Shown here piece after piece: positions 12,155-24,219 of a stretch of 64,000 nt of DNA. The stretch is taken from NCBI GenBank assembly GCA_051313645.2, contig JBNRSN020000002.1:402690001-402754000 (forward strand), written 5' to 3'. Position 1 is the first letter of the stretch, and the number at the start of each line of letters is the position of its first letter. The translations under genes were made by a program, and so were the position numbers. Source of the DNA: Centroscyllium fabricii. Its lineage: Eukaryota. The notes beneath the pieces were generated by a model. That model was not told the origin of the DNA. It searched no databases and was given only the letters and a program-made list of their open reading frames with translations.

Positions 12155-15100
12155 ATGGTAAACCCAAGGAACCAAGCTCCACGAACGCAAGGACTTGGCC
12201 AGAACGCCGGACGTGGACTAACTCTACCCGAGTTCTGGGAGCAACGGCCAGCGGCCTGGTTTATGTGCATCGAGACCAGCTGCCGCACACATGGCATCCA
12301 GGGGGACGACCGCTACGACCTGGTGTTCTCAGCCCTACCACAGACGACGATCGATCGGATGTGGTCAAAAATACAGCGTGTGCCCACCGCAGGCAGGTAT
12401 GAATCACTCAAGGCCGCGCTTATAATTTTTTTTTACCCCCTCTCAATTTGAGCGCGACTGCCAGCTCCTCGACATCCCCGAACTCGGGGACGCAGACCCA
12501 TCGGACCTCTTAGGTCAGATGCAAGTGCTCACACCCAACCCGGTCTCCCTCTTCCGCACCGTCTTCCTCCTTAAACTGCCCCGCGCCATCAGACCGGCCT
12601 TGGCGGCCCTTGGCCACCGGAGCGATGACGAGCTCGGAGAGGAAGCCGACAGGCTCATGGAGGCGCAGCGCACCCGCTCAACCACGTGCGACCCTAACCC
12701 CGCATCAGTAGAGCGCAGCCAATCACCCCCCAGGCATAACTTTACGCCTGAACCTAGGGCCCCGCGCCCACCTAGGCAACCGCATCCCTCTAGCACCGGC
12801 TGGTGCTACTACCACACGCGGTTCGATCATAAAGCGCACCGCTGCGTCCAGCCATGCGCGTTCAAGCCACAGCCCAACTCAGACCCCACCATGTCTGTAG
12901 GCCACACAGGAGCACTGCTCTTTGCCACAGACAGCGGCACAAGCCTCAGGTTCCTCTGCGACACAGGCGCGCAGCACAGCATCGTGCCAGCCTCCCCTGC
13001 AGAAACCAAACAAGGCATCCGGGGCCCGCCACTAGCGGCGGCCAACGGCTCCAGTATCAAAACGTACGGCACCCGCAAGCTTACAATTACCCTTGCAAGC
13101 CACGCGTACACCTGGGATATCGTAACGGCCCAGGTCACATCGCCCCTCCTCGGGGCAGATTTCCTCTGCGCCTATGGCCTACTGGTCGACGTAACCCGGT
13201 GCCGCTTGGTCAACATAAATACTATGATGACCATCCCATGCTCCACAGGGCCCGCACTCCTGGCCCACGCGGCAGCCCAATGCCGCTCCCGGGACTCCGA
13301 TGCCTACGGCACACACCTGGCAGAGTTCCCCGCCCTAACCAACCCCACGTTCACCGCCCGCCAGGCCAAACACGGGGTGGAGCATTTTATAACGACCACA
13401 GGCCCTCCCAACCATGCCCACGCCCGTAGGCTCGACCCGGCCAAGCAGGAGATAGCGCGCACCGAGTTCCGCACCATGGAGCAACTCGGTATAATCCGCC
13501 GCTCCAGCAGCCCCTGGGCCTCTCCGCTCCACATAGCCTCCAAGCCCGACGGAGGTTGGCGCCCCTGCGGTGACTACCGCCGCCTAAACAATGCCACCAC
13601 CCCGGATAGGTACCCCGTACCCCACATCCAGGATTTTTCCGCCAGATTAGCGGGCTGTACGATCTTTTCCAAGATCAACCTGGTGCGTGGCTACCACCAG
13701 GTGCCGGTTCACCTGGCGGACATTCCTAAAATGGCCGTAATTACCCCCTTCGGGCTCTTCGAGTTCCTTAGGATGCACTTCGGCCTTAAAAACGCGGCCC
13801 AGGCCTTCCAGCGCCTCATGGACTCAGTCCTACGGGAGTTGAAGTTCATTTTCGTCTATTTAGACGACATCCTCGTGGCCAGCACCTCCCCCCAGGAACA
13901 CCTCCTGCACCTCAGGACCCTGTTGCAGCGCCTTACCGAACACGGCCTTATCTTAAGCCCCACCAAGTGCAAATTCGGCCTCGAGACTATTGACTTCCTC
14001 GGCCACCGCATTTCCCAAACAGGGGCCATACCCCTGCCCTCCAAGGTGCAGGCGGTACAGGAATTCCCCCGCCCGCACTCCATTAAAGGGCTGCAGGAAT
14101 TCTTAGGCATCTTTAATTTTTATAACCGCTTTATCCCGGGAGCAGCCGCTCTCATGGCCCCCTTATACCAGGCCACCCGCGGGCAGTCCAACAAGGCTGC
14201 GGTCGAGTGGACGGCCGACGCCGCCACCGCCTTCACCGCAACTAAAACCGCCCTGGCAAAAGCCACCCTCCTAGCCCACCCTAGGCCCAACGCCAGAGTA
14301 GCCCTCACCACCTACGCCTCCGACCATGCGGTCGGGGCCGTATTTGAGCAGTGGACCGGCAACTCGTGGCAGCCCCTGGCCTTTTTCAGCCGGCAACTCC
14401 GGCCCCCAGAGGTTAAATACAGCGCCTTCGATAGGGAGCTACTTGCTCTCCATCTGGCAGTGCGACACTTTAGTTTCCTCTTGGAGGGCCGCCACTTCAC
14501 AGCCTTCAGCGACCATAAGCCACTCACGTTTGCGATGGCTAAGGTCGCCGAACCCTGGTCGGCCAGGCAGCAGCGCCAACTCGCGGCCGTGTCGGAATTT
14601 ACAACCGACATCCAGCACATTTCCGGCCGCGACAACGTGGTCGCTGACTGCCTCTCACGCCCCACCATTAACGCTGCCCAAATGGCGGTCGATTATGCCC
14701 AGCTGGCCGCGGACCAGCTGGCTGACCCCGACCTGCTCAACGCAGCAGCTAATCTCCCCGGCCTCCACTTGGCTAATATCGCGCACGGCCCCGCTGCCAC
14801 CATCGTCTGCTGCGACGTATCCTTGCCGCAACCCAGGCCAGTCGTACCCCACGCTTGGAGGCGACACATATTTAGGACCCTCCATGACCTGACCCACCCC
14901 GGCGCCCGCGCGTCCATCAAATTAATCTCGGCCCGATTCGTATGGTGCGGCCTGCGCAAGGACGTCCGCGCCTGGGCCAGCTCCTGCATAGCCTGCCAGC
15001 GCTCCAAAGTGCATAAGCACATCAGGGCACCGCTGGAAACTTTTAAAGTGCCGGCCAGACGCTTTGACCACGTCCATATCGATCTCGTTGGGCCACTACC

Positions 15101-15983
15101 GCCATCCCGGGGCCACACGCACCTAATGACCATGGTCGACCGCAACACTCGCTAGCCAGAAGCAGTCCCCCTCACTGCCACTGGCACCACGGACTTGGCC
15201 AGGGCGTTCATCGCCACCTGGGTCGCCCGCTTCGGCGTGCCCACAGACATCACCTCCGACAGAGGACCCCAGTTTATGTCGGCATTATGGGCGGCCATCG
15301 CCCGCGACCTTGGGGTGACACTACATCGAACCACCGCATACCACCCACAGGCGAACGGCCTATGCGAGCAGTTCCACTGCTCAATGAAGGCATCACTATG
15401 AGCCACACTAAAGGACGCATCGTGGACTGACCGCCTTCCATGGGTTCTCCTCGGGCTGTGCTCGGCAGTCAAGGAAGACCTAAACGCCTCGGCAGCAGAG
15501 CTCGTCTACGGCCAAACTTTAACGGTGCCGGGTGAGTTCCTGGCTGAGCCCAACGCTCCCTGGTCAGCCGACCAGTATTTAAAAGACTTCGCCAAACCGG
15601 CACGAGCTTTCCAGCCACTACCAGTGGCCCGGCACGGAGAGCCGGCAGCTCGGGTGCCGGACAACATTAAGAAAGCTAAATTTGTGTTCGTCCGGCGCGA
15701 CGGACACCGATCTCCACTACAGCCACCGTACAATGGCCCCTACAGAGTGCTTCGGGCGGGAGCTAAAGCTTTTGAATTACAAATGGGCAACAGGACTGAC
15801 ACTGTGACAATAGACCGGCTCAAGCCGGCGCACGTTATAGCGGGTGAGACAACGGTCCCCGCACAACCACCACAACACGGTCGCCCTCCTGCAACAAAAC
15901 CCGCCCACACTCCACCGCAGAACCAGGAGCAACAGACAACACGGTCCGGCCGCATCATCCGGCCACCCCAACGGCACACATAG
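12155..15983 (+). pseudogene. gag-pol of family A copy 2, disrupted
   Basis: Frameshift in the T-run near 12426-12434; stops at 15153-15155 (TGG>TAG) and 15399-15401; first RT Asp reads N (SKINL). Confidence 0.93.
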
Positions 15984-16764
15984 ACTCTGTCACTATTCCT
16001 CCCGGACGGATTCTGGGGGGAGCTGTGTGGCGGCACGCCCACTGAGACATCGAATCCGCCACGGGAACTCCGCGGAGCAAAGCCCCGCTCATCCGGGTGA
16101 TGCGACGACGTCACCACGTCGGCCGACGCGATGACATCACCAACCGCGGGACTGTTTAAATACGCTTGTTGCGAGTGGTTCACCCTCTTTCTTGTTTTGT
16201 TTAGTATATTAAAGCTGTGTTTTCTCTAGCTCTGGCTCACGTGTGGTTCCTAGGCCCTGCCGGCACTACACGCTGATACCTTAGGAGAGGTATGAATTTC
16301 ATTATGTACTATCAATAATGTTTTCAAGTTACTGAGTGCTTCAGACTTCTTAACTTCAGAGATAAACCATCTCTGGCAAACATAAGCTTTTTCCCCCAAG
16401 ACCAAGTAAGATCTCAGTGACTTTGGTACCTGCAGATGGTGCTAAAAACTGGAATATAAAGATGGCCAAAGGTGTTAGTCTAAATAATCTAGTGCTACTG
16501 ACAATTATATACATATGCATGATGCTGATTACACACACTTCTGTATGAAAATTTTGCAACCTTTTAGGCAAGTTTCATATGTAATTACAATTGTCTGGTT
16601 TCCGAGTAAAAGATTAAAGATGACTCAGTTTCCATCTGATTGTGCTTTTTATTTGTAAAGAAGATAACTAACACACAAAGCAGCCACTTGCTGCAGATAT
16701 CTTGTGAAATGGATTCTATACAACTTGCCAAAGCTACATCTGATCTTTCTTATTTTAGAGTGAT

Positions 16765-18003
16765 TGGGGTAAATTTTCCCTCGGGTGTGGGGAATTGGCG
16801 GGTTTCCGGCCGGTCAGGTTTCCCACACGAATACTAAAGGGCGTGGGAGCCCCATGCAATTTTGGTTCAATTGGCCAATTGATTTCCCGCCTGTGGGAAC
16901 CCTTGCCAGTTGACTATTTCAAGTCTGAAATTCGGGGGGACCAGGATGGTGCCAGCTGCTTAAAGACGAGTGCCCCTTTTCAATGAGAAGTGCTGGAGAG
17001 CCCCATTTCAATGACAAGTGCTGCAGAGCCCCGTTTCAATAACAGCTGCTGGTCAGTTTCAATGAGAAGTGCTGGAGAGCCCTGTTTCAATGACAAGTGC
17101 TGCAGAGCAGTTTCAATGACAGCTGCTGCAGAGCTATCTCTCAAACATGAAAAAGAGCTACAAGGTGAGTTTATAAAAAGCTATATACTCACTGATATTG
17201 TACACCCTGGGGATACAGTTAGCCCCCCTTACTTGTCCTATATTGAATGAAGCAGCTGCTGTCAAAGAATCAGAATCATTCACAAAACGTCTGGCCTGGA
17301 TGGTGCTTCAATGAAAGACTCTCATCCAGTGAAGGATCATTCTGCAGCAATGTAACCAGTATTTTTGCCTTCACATGCTGCAATCTTTACTTTGTCCACT
17401 TTCACCAGTTAAGTGACCTCTCGGAATTCCATATCAATCAGGACAAATGTCCAAAAGTCATCACAGAATCTGGTCGTCTTCAAGGAGCCCCTGAAGTTGA
17501 CCCGGTTGTGCACACTCTGAGCCAAGGCGCTGTTGATTGCTTTGTCAAAGTGTGGCAGGGGCTGCAAGGCCAGCTGAGGGGTGATCTACTGAGACTGCCT
17601 CAGCTCGTCCAAGCTCTGCTGCAGGCTGCTGCCCAGGGCCGACTTCTGGTACAGCTGATTGCATGTCATCCTTTGAATTGCAGCTGATAGTCAACAAGAC
17701 GATTGTGTCCCTGCCAGGTTTCACCGGCGGGGTTTCCAGCTGGCGGGTTATGGGTGGCAAATGCCTGAAAATCACAAGGGTCCCTTAAAATGACGTTATA
17801 CATGCCAATTCAGGATGCTTAAGGAACCTAACGACCAGTCCCACCGGTTGCGGCCGGGGAAGATTCGGGGCAGACAGACACGGCGGCGGGAAATCGGATA
17901 GCAGCGGGGATCTGGCGTGAGGGGTCAGGACCCCCCAGTTTAGCAATTTTACGGGCCGCCCCACTGAAAAGCCTGCCTGACGGCTCAATGAAAATTGCCG
18001 CCA
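16765..18003. mobile_element. Probable Harbinger-type non-autonomous element carrying internal tandem repeats and the GTF2A2 retrocopy
   Basis: Imperfect TIRs GGGGTAAATTTTC / GAAAATTGCCGCC, GC-rich subterminal regions, repeats TTTCAATGA(G/C)AAGTGCTG at about 16977-17135. Confidence 0.5.
17337..17669 (-). pseudogene. GTF2A2: Processed pseudogene of transcription initiation factor IIA gamma subunit
   Basis: Manual minus-strand translation: [103 protein letters not shown]. It is collinear with TFIIA-gamma, intronless, with stops at 17586-17588 and 17409-17411. Absent from the ORF track. Confidence 0.93.
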
Positions 18004-18257
18004 TTATGTTAGATTGGCAGTGGGTCTACATGAAGTGCTCTGGCTTGTCTAGTAGGATTACTTCCGAGAATCCTTTTTGTATTAAGCACGTGAATGGATT
18101 GACTCAGCAGCATTTAGTTAGACTCAGCTGCTCATTATACAAAGTGGTTAAACTGGTTCCTGTTTTCTGAAATATGTCAGCTACTGTACGTGACTGCAGC
18201 AAGCATTGTATTCAAGTCATAAGTCCTGCAGTAAACTCATTATTTACCATAAGGCCT

Positions 18258-20510
18258 CATAGAATCACAGAAGTGCATGGTACAGAAGGAGGCCATTTGA
18301 CCCATCATGTTTGTGTAACGGTGGGGTGTGGGGCCCAAATGCAAAGACACTGATAAAACTGTCTAGGTCCTTAAATTCCTTTATATACAAAAACTGCTGT
18401 AATAACAAACATACATGCATACATTCATAAAGTTACAATACATAATTAAATGGTATACAATTAGTTAGATACAGAAAAACAAGTTCCTTTCCGAACTGGT
18501 ACAAAACTTCGACAGGTTGTGGTTAGCAAGATCCAGGCTGTTGAATTAGGAATACTCCCGAGTCCGCCCTACAGCAGGGACTCACTCCAACGGAGTCTTC
18601 AGAGGAAGAATCCATCTTTACAAACAAGGAAACTCCCCACATACTCTACTGAAATGTCCAAACCTTAGTTCGGGTGATAACGACCAATGTCCAGGAAGTA
18701 GAACCAGGATTTCTTCAAAGTCCGCTCCACCGCGGGGACTCAACCCAACGGAGTTCACAGAATGAGAATACTTGATCTACTTAGCAGGGGAACGCCCTTA
18801 CTTAACTAATGGAATGTCCAAACCTGAGCCCAGGTGGCAGAGTGCAATGTCCAGAATGTAGACAACCGTAGTTCTCCGAAGTCCGGTCCACAGCTAAGAC
18901 TCACTCTACCCGAGTTTCCAGAAGAGAATACATCATCTACAAGGCAGGGGAACGCCCAAACCCATTGCCTCTCTAGGAGCTCAGACAGCAACCACTCCTT
19001 CCAGTAGTTCGTAGTAATGAGTAGTAAGTAGAATGATCCGGCAACTGCCTGGTCTAAGCACCCAGCTTATAAGCCGATCAGGCAAACAAGATTCATTAGT
19101 GCAAACTAATAAGATGCAGGTATTGAGAACCAGGAACACACAGGTATGTGAACAGTTAATTGAGGTACAATGAACCAAAACAGAGAACAAAACCTGAAAT
19201 TCAAAATGGATTCCTTAAAGGGGAATGCCATCTGTGACAGAACCCCCCCCCTCAAAGGATGACTGCTGACGTCCCAAGTACCCAAATACCGAAATAAGGT
19301 GGGTGGAGGGGTGCGGAGGAGGGACCAACCGTCCTACAGGAATAAAGGAATCCGAGGAGTGCTAGACGCTTCAGTGTCTGCTGGGCCCCCATTTTGGCCG
19401 GATCATTCTGTAACGGTGGGGTGTGGGGCCCAAATGCAAGACACTGATAAAACTGTCTAGGTCCTTAAATTCCTTTATATACAAAAACTGCTGTAATAAC
19501 AAACATACATGCATACATTCATAAAGTTACGATACATAATTAAATGGTATACAATTAGTTAGATACAGAAAACAAGTTCCTTTCCGAACTGGTACAAAAC
19601 TTCGACAGGTTGTGGTTAGCAAAATCCCGGCTGTTGAATTAGGAATACTCCCGAGTCCGCCCTACAGCAGGGACTCACTCCAACGGAGTCTTCAGAGGAA
19701 GAATCCATCTTTACAAACAAGGAAACTCCCCACATACTCTACTGAAATGTCCAAACCTTAGTTCGGGTGATAACGACCAATGTCCAGGAAGTAGAACCAG
19801 GATTTCTTCAAAGTCCGCTCCACCGCGGGGACTCAACCCAACGGAGTTCACAGAATGAGAATACTTGATCTACTTAGCAGGGAAACGCCCTTACTTAACT
19901 AATGGAATGTCCAAACCTGAGCCCAGGTGGCAGAGTGCAATGTCCAGAATGTAGACAACCGTAGTTCTCCGAAGTCCGCTCCACAGCTAAGACTCACTCT
20001 ACCCGAGTTTCCAGAAGAGAATACATCATCTACAAGGCAGGGGAACGCCCAAACCCATTGCCTCTCTAGGAGCTCAGACAGCAACCACTCCTTCCAGTAG
20101 TTCGTAGTAATGAGTAGTAAGTAGAATGATCCGGCAACTGCCTGGTCTAAGCACCCAGCTTATAAGCCGATCAGGCAAACAAGATTCATTAGTGCAAACC
20201 AATAAGATGCAGGTATTGAGAACCAGGAACACACAGGTATATGAACAGTTAATTGAGGTACAATGAACCAAAACAGAGAACAAAACCTGAAATTCAAAAT
20301 GGATTTCTTAAAGGGGAATGCCATCTGTGACAGTTTGTGCTGGCCGAAAAAGAGCCGTCCAGCCTAATCCCACTTTCCAGCTCTTTTTCAGTAGCTCAAT
20401 AGGCCACAGCACTTCAAATGCATATCCAAGCACTTTTTAAATGTGATGAGGTTTTCTGCCTCTACCACCCTTTCAGGCAGTGAGTTCCAGACCCCACCAC
20501 CCTCTGGGTG
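18258..20510 (-). mobile_element. CR1 LINE 3' fragment split by the LTR element at 18314-20332
   Basis: CATAGAATCA tail and GGAGGCCATT motif at 18258-18313, continuing at 20333-20510. Confidence 0.7.
18314..20332 (-). mobile_element. Non-autonomous LTR retrotransposon (sushi-like): two ~925-bp LTRs and a 169-bp internal region
   Basis: Near-identical direct repeats 18314-19239 and 19409-20332 with TG...CA ends, 5-bp TSD GTTTG, PPT GAGGGGGGGGGTTC, self-complementary PBS at 19397-19408, no recognisable coding domains. Confidence 0.93.
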
Positions 20511-21178
20511 ACCTTTTACATAGGATTACATAGGATTTACAGCACAGAAACAGGCCATTTGGCCCAACCAGTCCATGCCGGTGTTTATGCTCCACTCGAA
20601 CCTCCTCCCGTCTTTCCTCCTCTAACTCTATCAGCATAACCCTCTATTCCCTTCTCCCTCATATGCTTGTCTAACCTCCTCTTAAATGCATCTGTACTAT
20701 TCACTTCAACCACTCCCTGTGGTAACGAGTTCCACATTCTCACCACTCTCTGGGTAAAGACGTTTCTTCTGAATTCCCTATTGGATTTCTTGGCGACTAT
20801 CTTATATTGATGGCCTCCAGTTCTGCTCTTCCCCACAAGTGGAAACATTCTCTCTGTATCCACTCTATCAAAACCTTTCATAATTTTAAAGACCTCTATT
20901 AGGTCACCCCTCATCCTTTCTTTTTTCAAGAGAAAAGAGACCCAGCCTGTTCATCCTTTCCTGATATGTATACCCTCGCATTTCTGGTATCATCCTTGTA
21001 AACCTTCTCTGCACCCTCTCCAGTGCCTCTATATCCTTTTTATAATATGGCGACCAGAACTGTACGCAATACTCTAAGTGTGGTCTAACCAAGGTTTGAT
21101 ACAGGTGTAGCATAACTTCCCTACTTTTCAATTCTATCCATCTGGAAATAAATCCTTGTGCTTGGTTTGCTATTTTTA

Positions 21179-21362
21179 TGCAAGAAGTCACACAACACCA
21201 GGTTATAGTCCAACATCTATGCTGTCTTTAAATGAACTTCCCTTACACCTGAGGAAGGAGCAGCGCTCCGAAAGCTTGTGATTTAAAATAAAACTGTTGG
21301 ACTATAACCTGGTGTTGTGTGACTTCTTGCATTTGTCCACCCCAGTCCAACTCCACATCATG
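21179..21362 (+). mobile_element. Penelope-like element terminal fragment with inverted repeat
   Basis: CAAGAAGTCACACAACACCAGGTTATAGTCCAACA and its exact reverse complement flank a hammerhead motif and AATAAA. Confidence 0.8.
21246..21280 (+). ncRNA. Minimal type I hammerhead ribozyme motif
   Basis: CAC-CTGAGGA-A-GGAGC-agc-GCTCC-GAAA-GC-TT-GTG: core boxes CUGANGA and GAAA, stem II GGAGC/GCTCC, stem I CAC/GTG. Confidence 0.75.
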
Positions 21363-21861
21363 TTTTTTTTAAGGCCTTGCTAACCTGCATCACAATTTTT
21401 AGTGATTTGTGTATTTGTACTCCAAGATCCCTTTGTTCCTCTACCCCACCAAGACTCACACCCTCCAAGTGATAAGTGACCTCCTTATTCTTCCTACCAA
21501 AATGTAATACCTCACAGTTATCTGTGTTGAACTTCATTTGCCAATTATATGCCTATTCTGCAAGTTTATTAATGTTCTCCTGTAACTTGTTGCAGTCCTC
21601 CTCAGTATTGACTATCCCCCTAATTAGGTCATCCGCAAATTTAGAAATTGGTTTTTTGATTTCAATGTCTAAGTCATGAATGTAAATTGTGAATAGCAGT
21701 GGTCCCAGCGCTGATCCTTGTGGAACACCACTACCCAACTTCTGCCACTGTGAATAGCTACCCTACTCTCTGCTTTCTGTCTTGAAGCCAGCCAGCTATC
21801 CATTCTGCTACTTGTCCCCTGACTCCGCATTCTCTGACCTTGTTCGTCAGTCTATTATAGG

Positions 21862-23028
21862 CAGTGTTGGGAAAGTTCACACTTAACAAGAGCTAGCTCA
21901 AAGTTCAGTTCAATCATTTTAAAATGAACTAGTTCAAGTTCATAGTTCATAATTTTGAATTTTGAACTTAAGTTCGCAGCTCAAAAATGAACTAGTTCAA
22001 AGTTCGTTTTTTTTTCTTTTCTTCTAATGTGCTGCCCCGAGCTATTATTTTTCAATAGAACATCCTCTTATCCATCCACTGACAGCCCCCAATCATTGCT
22101 ACAGCCCATTAAAGAATAATAGAAGCTGATTACTTTATAAGTTTTATCACTGAATCATTGTGTCAGTAGTTTCCTGTGGGGTAGAGTCAGTTTGGAGCAA
22201 TGCAAATTATGAAGCAGGAGGAACAAATATCCGATATAGAGAACTGTCTGTATGTATATACACAGGCTGAGTATATAGGGCGGCATGGTGGCACAGTGCT
22301 TAGCACTGCTGTCTCACAGCACTGGAGACCCGGGTTCAAATCCAGCCTCGGGTACTATCTGTGTGGAGTTTGCACATTCTCCCCGTGTCTGCGTGGGTTT
22401 CCTCCGGGTGCTCCGGTTTCCTCCCACAATCCAAAGATGTGCAGGGTTAGGTTGACTGGCCAGGATAAATTGACCCTTAGTGTTAGGGGGATTGAATATG
22501 TGGGGTTATGGGAATAGGGTGGGATATGTGTCGGTGCAGGCTCGAGAGGGATATGGGGAGAGGGATATGGGGAGAGGGATATGGGGAGAGGGCAGGGGCG
22601 GGTTACAGGGTTTGGATGATCAGCTGATCTCATTGAATGGTGGAGCAGGCTTGAAGGGCTGAATGGCCTACTCCTGCTCCTATCTTTCTAAATAGGCAGG
22701 AGAGAGAGAGAGAGAGATATTTTTGCAAAAAGCCCCGCAGAGCACTCAGTACAGGCGAGAGAGCAATGAGCCCAGATCAGCCAGCAGGTCCGCACACTCA
22801 CCGTCCCGATGGCTTCAGGAGACGCCAGCAGCGATTCAGACTCGTGGAGACGATCTGCGCATGCGTTTGGCATCACATACCGCGAGAGCGCCGCTCAGAC
22901 CCTCCAGACTGAGCGACGCTCACGTTTTCGCTCAGGCTGCTGGGAAAGAGCGCGCTCGTTCAGCGTTCACAAAAATGTGAACGCGCTCGTGAACGCGCGC
23001 TCATTTAGCGCGCTCACGGCCAACACTG
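21862..23028. mobile_element. Non-autonomous hAT DNA transposon
   Basis: TIRs CAGTGTTGG / CCAACACTG, exact 8-bp TSD ATTATAGG, short subterminal repeats (GTTCA at left, CGCTC at right); contains a SINE. Confidence 0.9.
22278..22688 (+). mobile_element. HE1-like V-SINE
   Basis: tRNA-like head, V-domain GGGTTTCCTCCGGGTGCTCCGGTTTCCTCCCAC, CR1-derived tail GAATGGCCTACTCCTGCTCC. Confidence 0.88.
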
Positions 23029-23635
23029 ATTATAGGGTACCTTATTGAAGGCCTTTTGAAAATCCAGATAAATTACATCTACTGCATTACCATTGTCCAC
23101 TCACTCTGTTACCTCTTCAAAAAATCCAATAAGGTTGGTCAAGCAAAACCTGTCAAGACTTTTTTGCCAAAAAGAGTAAACGAGACTCTGCATTGTTTCA
23201 GTGGTGAAATTTTTTTCCCAGTTAGCTGAAAACTCAGGGTAGAGTTCTTATTTGTTCTGAACAATCCAGCACTTGCCTGAACCGGGAGGCACATGGCTTG
23301 ACAGAAATTGGGCCTCGGGCCTTATTTTATTAATAGCAGTGAGCTGCTCACATCTGTCACAGAGGCAGTTCACCGGCGTAGCAGTATCCAAATTTTGGCC
23401 ACTTGCCTTGCCGGAAATGACTCTCAGATACATCCTAGAAGCGGGAGGGAGGAGAACGGGAAGGCTGCTGCCAGTGGCCAGCAGTACTGCTGTGGAGGCA
23501 GGAGGACCAAGAGTGCTGCTCCTGGTTCCACGTTAAAGTAGGTTTTAAAAAAATACTTACCTATTTGTTGGCAGTTGCTTGTTCGGCTGCAGCAAACTAT
23601 GGAACATGCAAGCAGAGTAGACCCGTGCCTGGTTT

Positions 23636-24040
23636 AGAAACATAGAAACATAGAAGATAGGAGCAGGAGTAGGCCATTCGGCCCTTCGAGCCTGCTCCGC
23701 CATTCAATGAGATCATGGCTGATCATCCAAACCCAGCACCCCGCCTTCGCCCTCTCCCCATATCCCTCGATCCCTATCGAGCCTGCACCGACACACATCC
23801 CACCCTATACCCGCAACACCACATTCAATCCCCCTAACACTAAGGGTCAATCTATCCTGGCCAATCAACCTAACCCGCACATCTTTGGACTGTGGGAGGA
23901 AACCGGAGCACCCGGAGAAAACCCACGCAGACACGGGGAGAATGTGCAAACACCACACAGATAGTACCCGAGGCCGGATTTGAACCCGGGTCTCCAGTGC
24001 TGTGAGGCAACAGTGCTAACCACTGTGCCACCGTGCCGGC
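23636..24040 (-). mobile_element. HE1-like V-SINE
   Basis: Reverse complement of the family at 22278, with (CATAGAAA)n tail. Confidence 0.88.
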
Positions 24041-24219
24041 CACCGTTTGCTCAGCACTGCCCAATTTTCTTGGAAATCCAAGTTACTGTTTTTGAAGGGT
24101 TCATTAACATAAGTAAGGGGTCTAACGTCTCTTTAAGTCGGCCGCCAAGTATGCCTGAATGTTGTCCGATGCCACCAGACATATTCTTGGGCTGCAGGAC
24201 ATAGCCCCTCAAAGTTGAT

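Larger units (their letters stand above)
11793..16270 (+). mobile_element. Gypsy family A copy 2, full length (CsRn1-like)
   Basis: LTRs 11793-12063 and 16026-16270, 4-bp TSD CGCT on both sides, PBS and PPT present. Confidence 0.97.
20517..23148 (-). mobile_element. CR1 LINE, decayed RT C-terminal part, in three pieces (20517-21178, 21363-21861, 23029-23148)
   Basis: GVPQGSALGPLLF, FADD, LVRPHLEYCVQFWSP, RGDLIEVFKI, WNSLP; interrupted by a Penelope-like fragment and a hAT element. Confidence 0.88.

Noticed and set aside
18314-20332. Assembly artefact or simple tandem duplication
   Set aside because: TG...CA ends, 5-bp TSD, PPT, PBS and several differences between the copies show a genuine LTR element.
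22278-22350. tRNA genes at SINE heads
   Set aside because: A/B boxes are present, but the sequences continue into SINE bodies and do not form complete cloverleaves.
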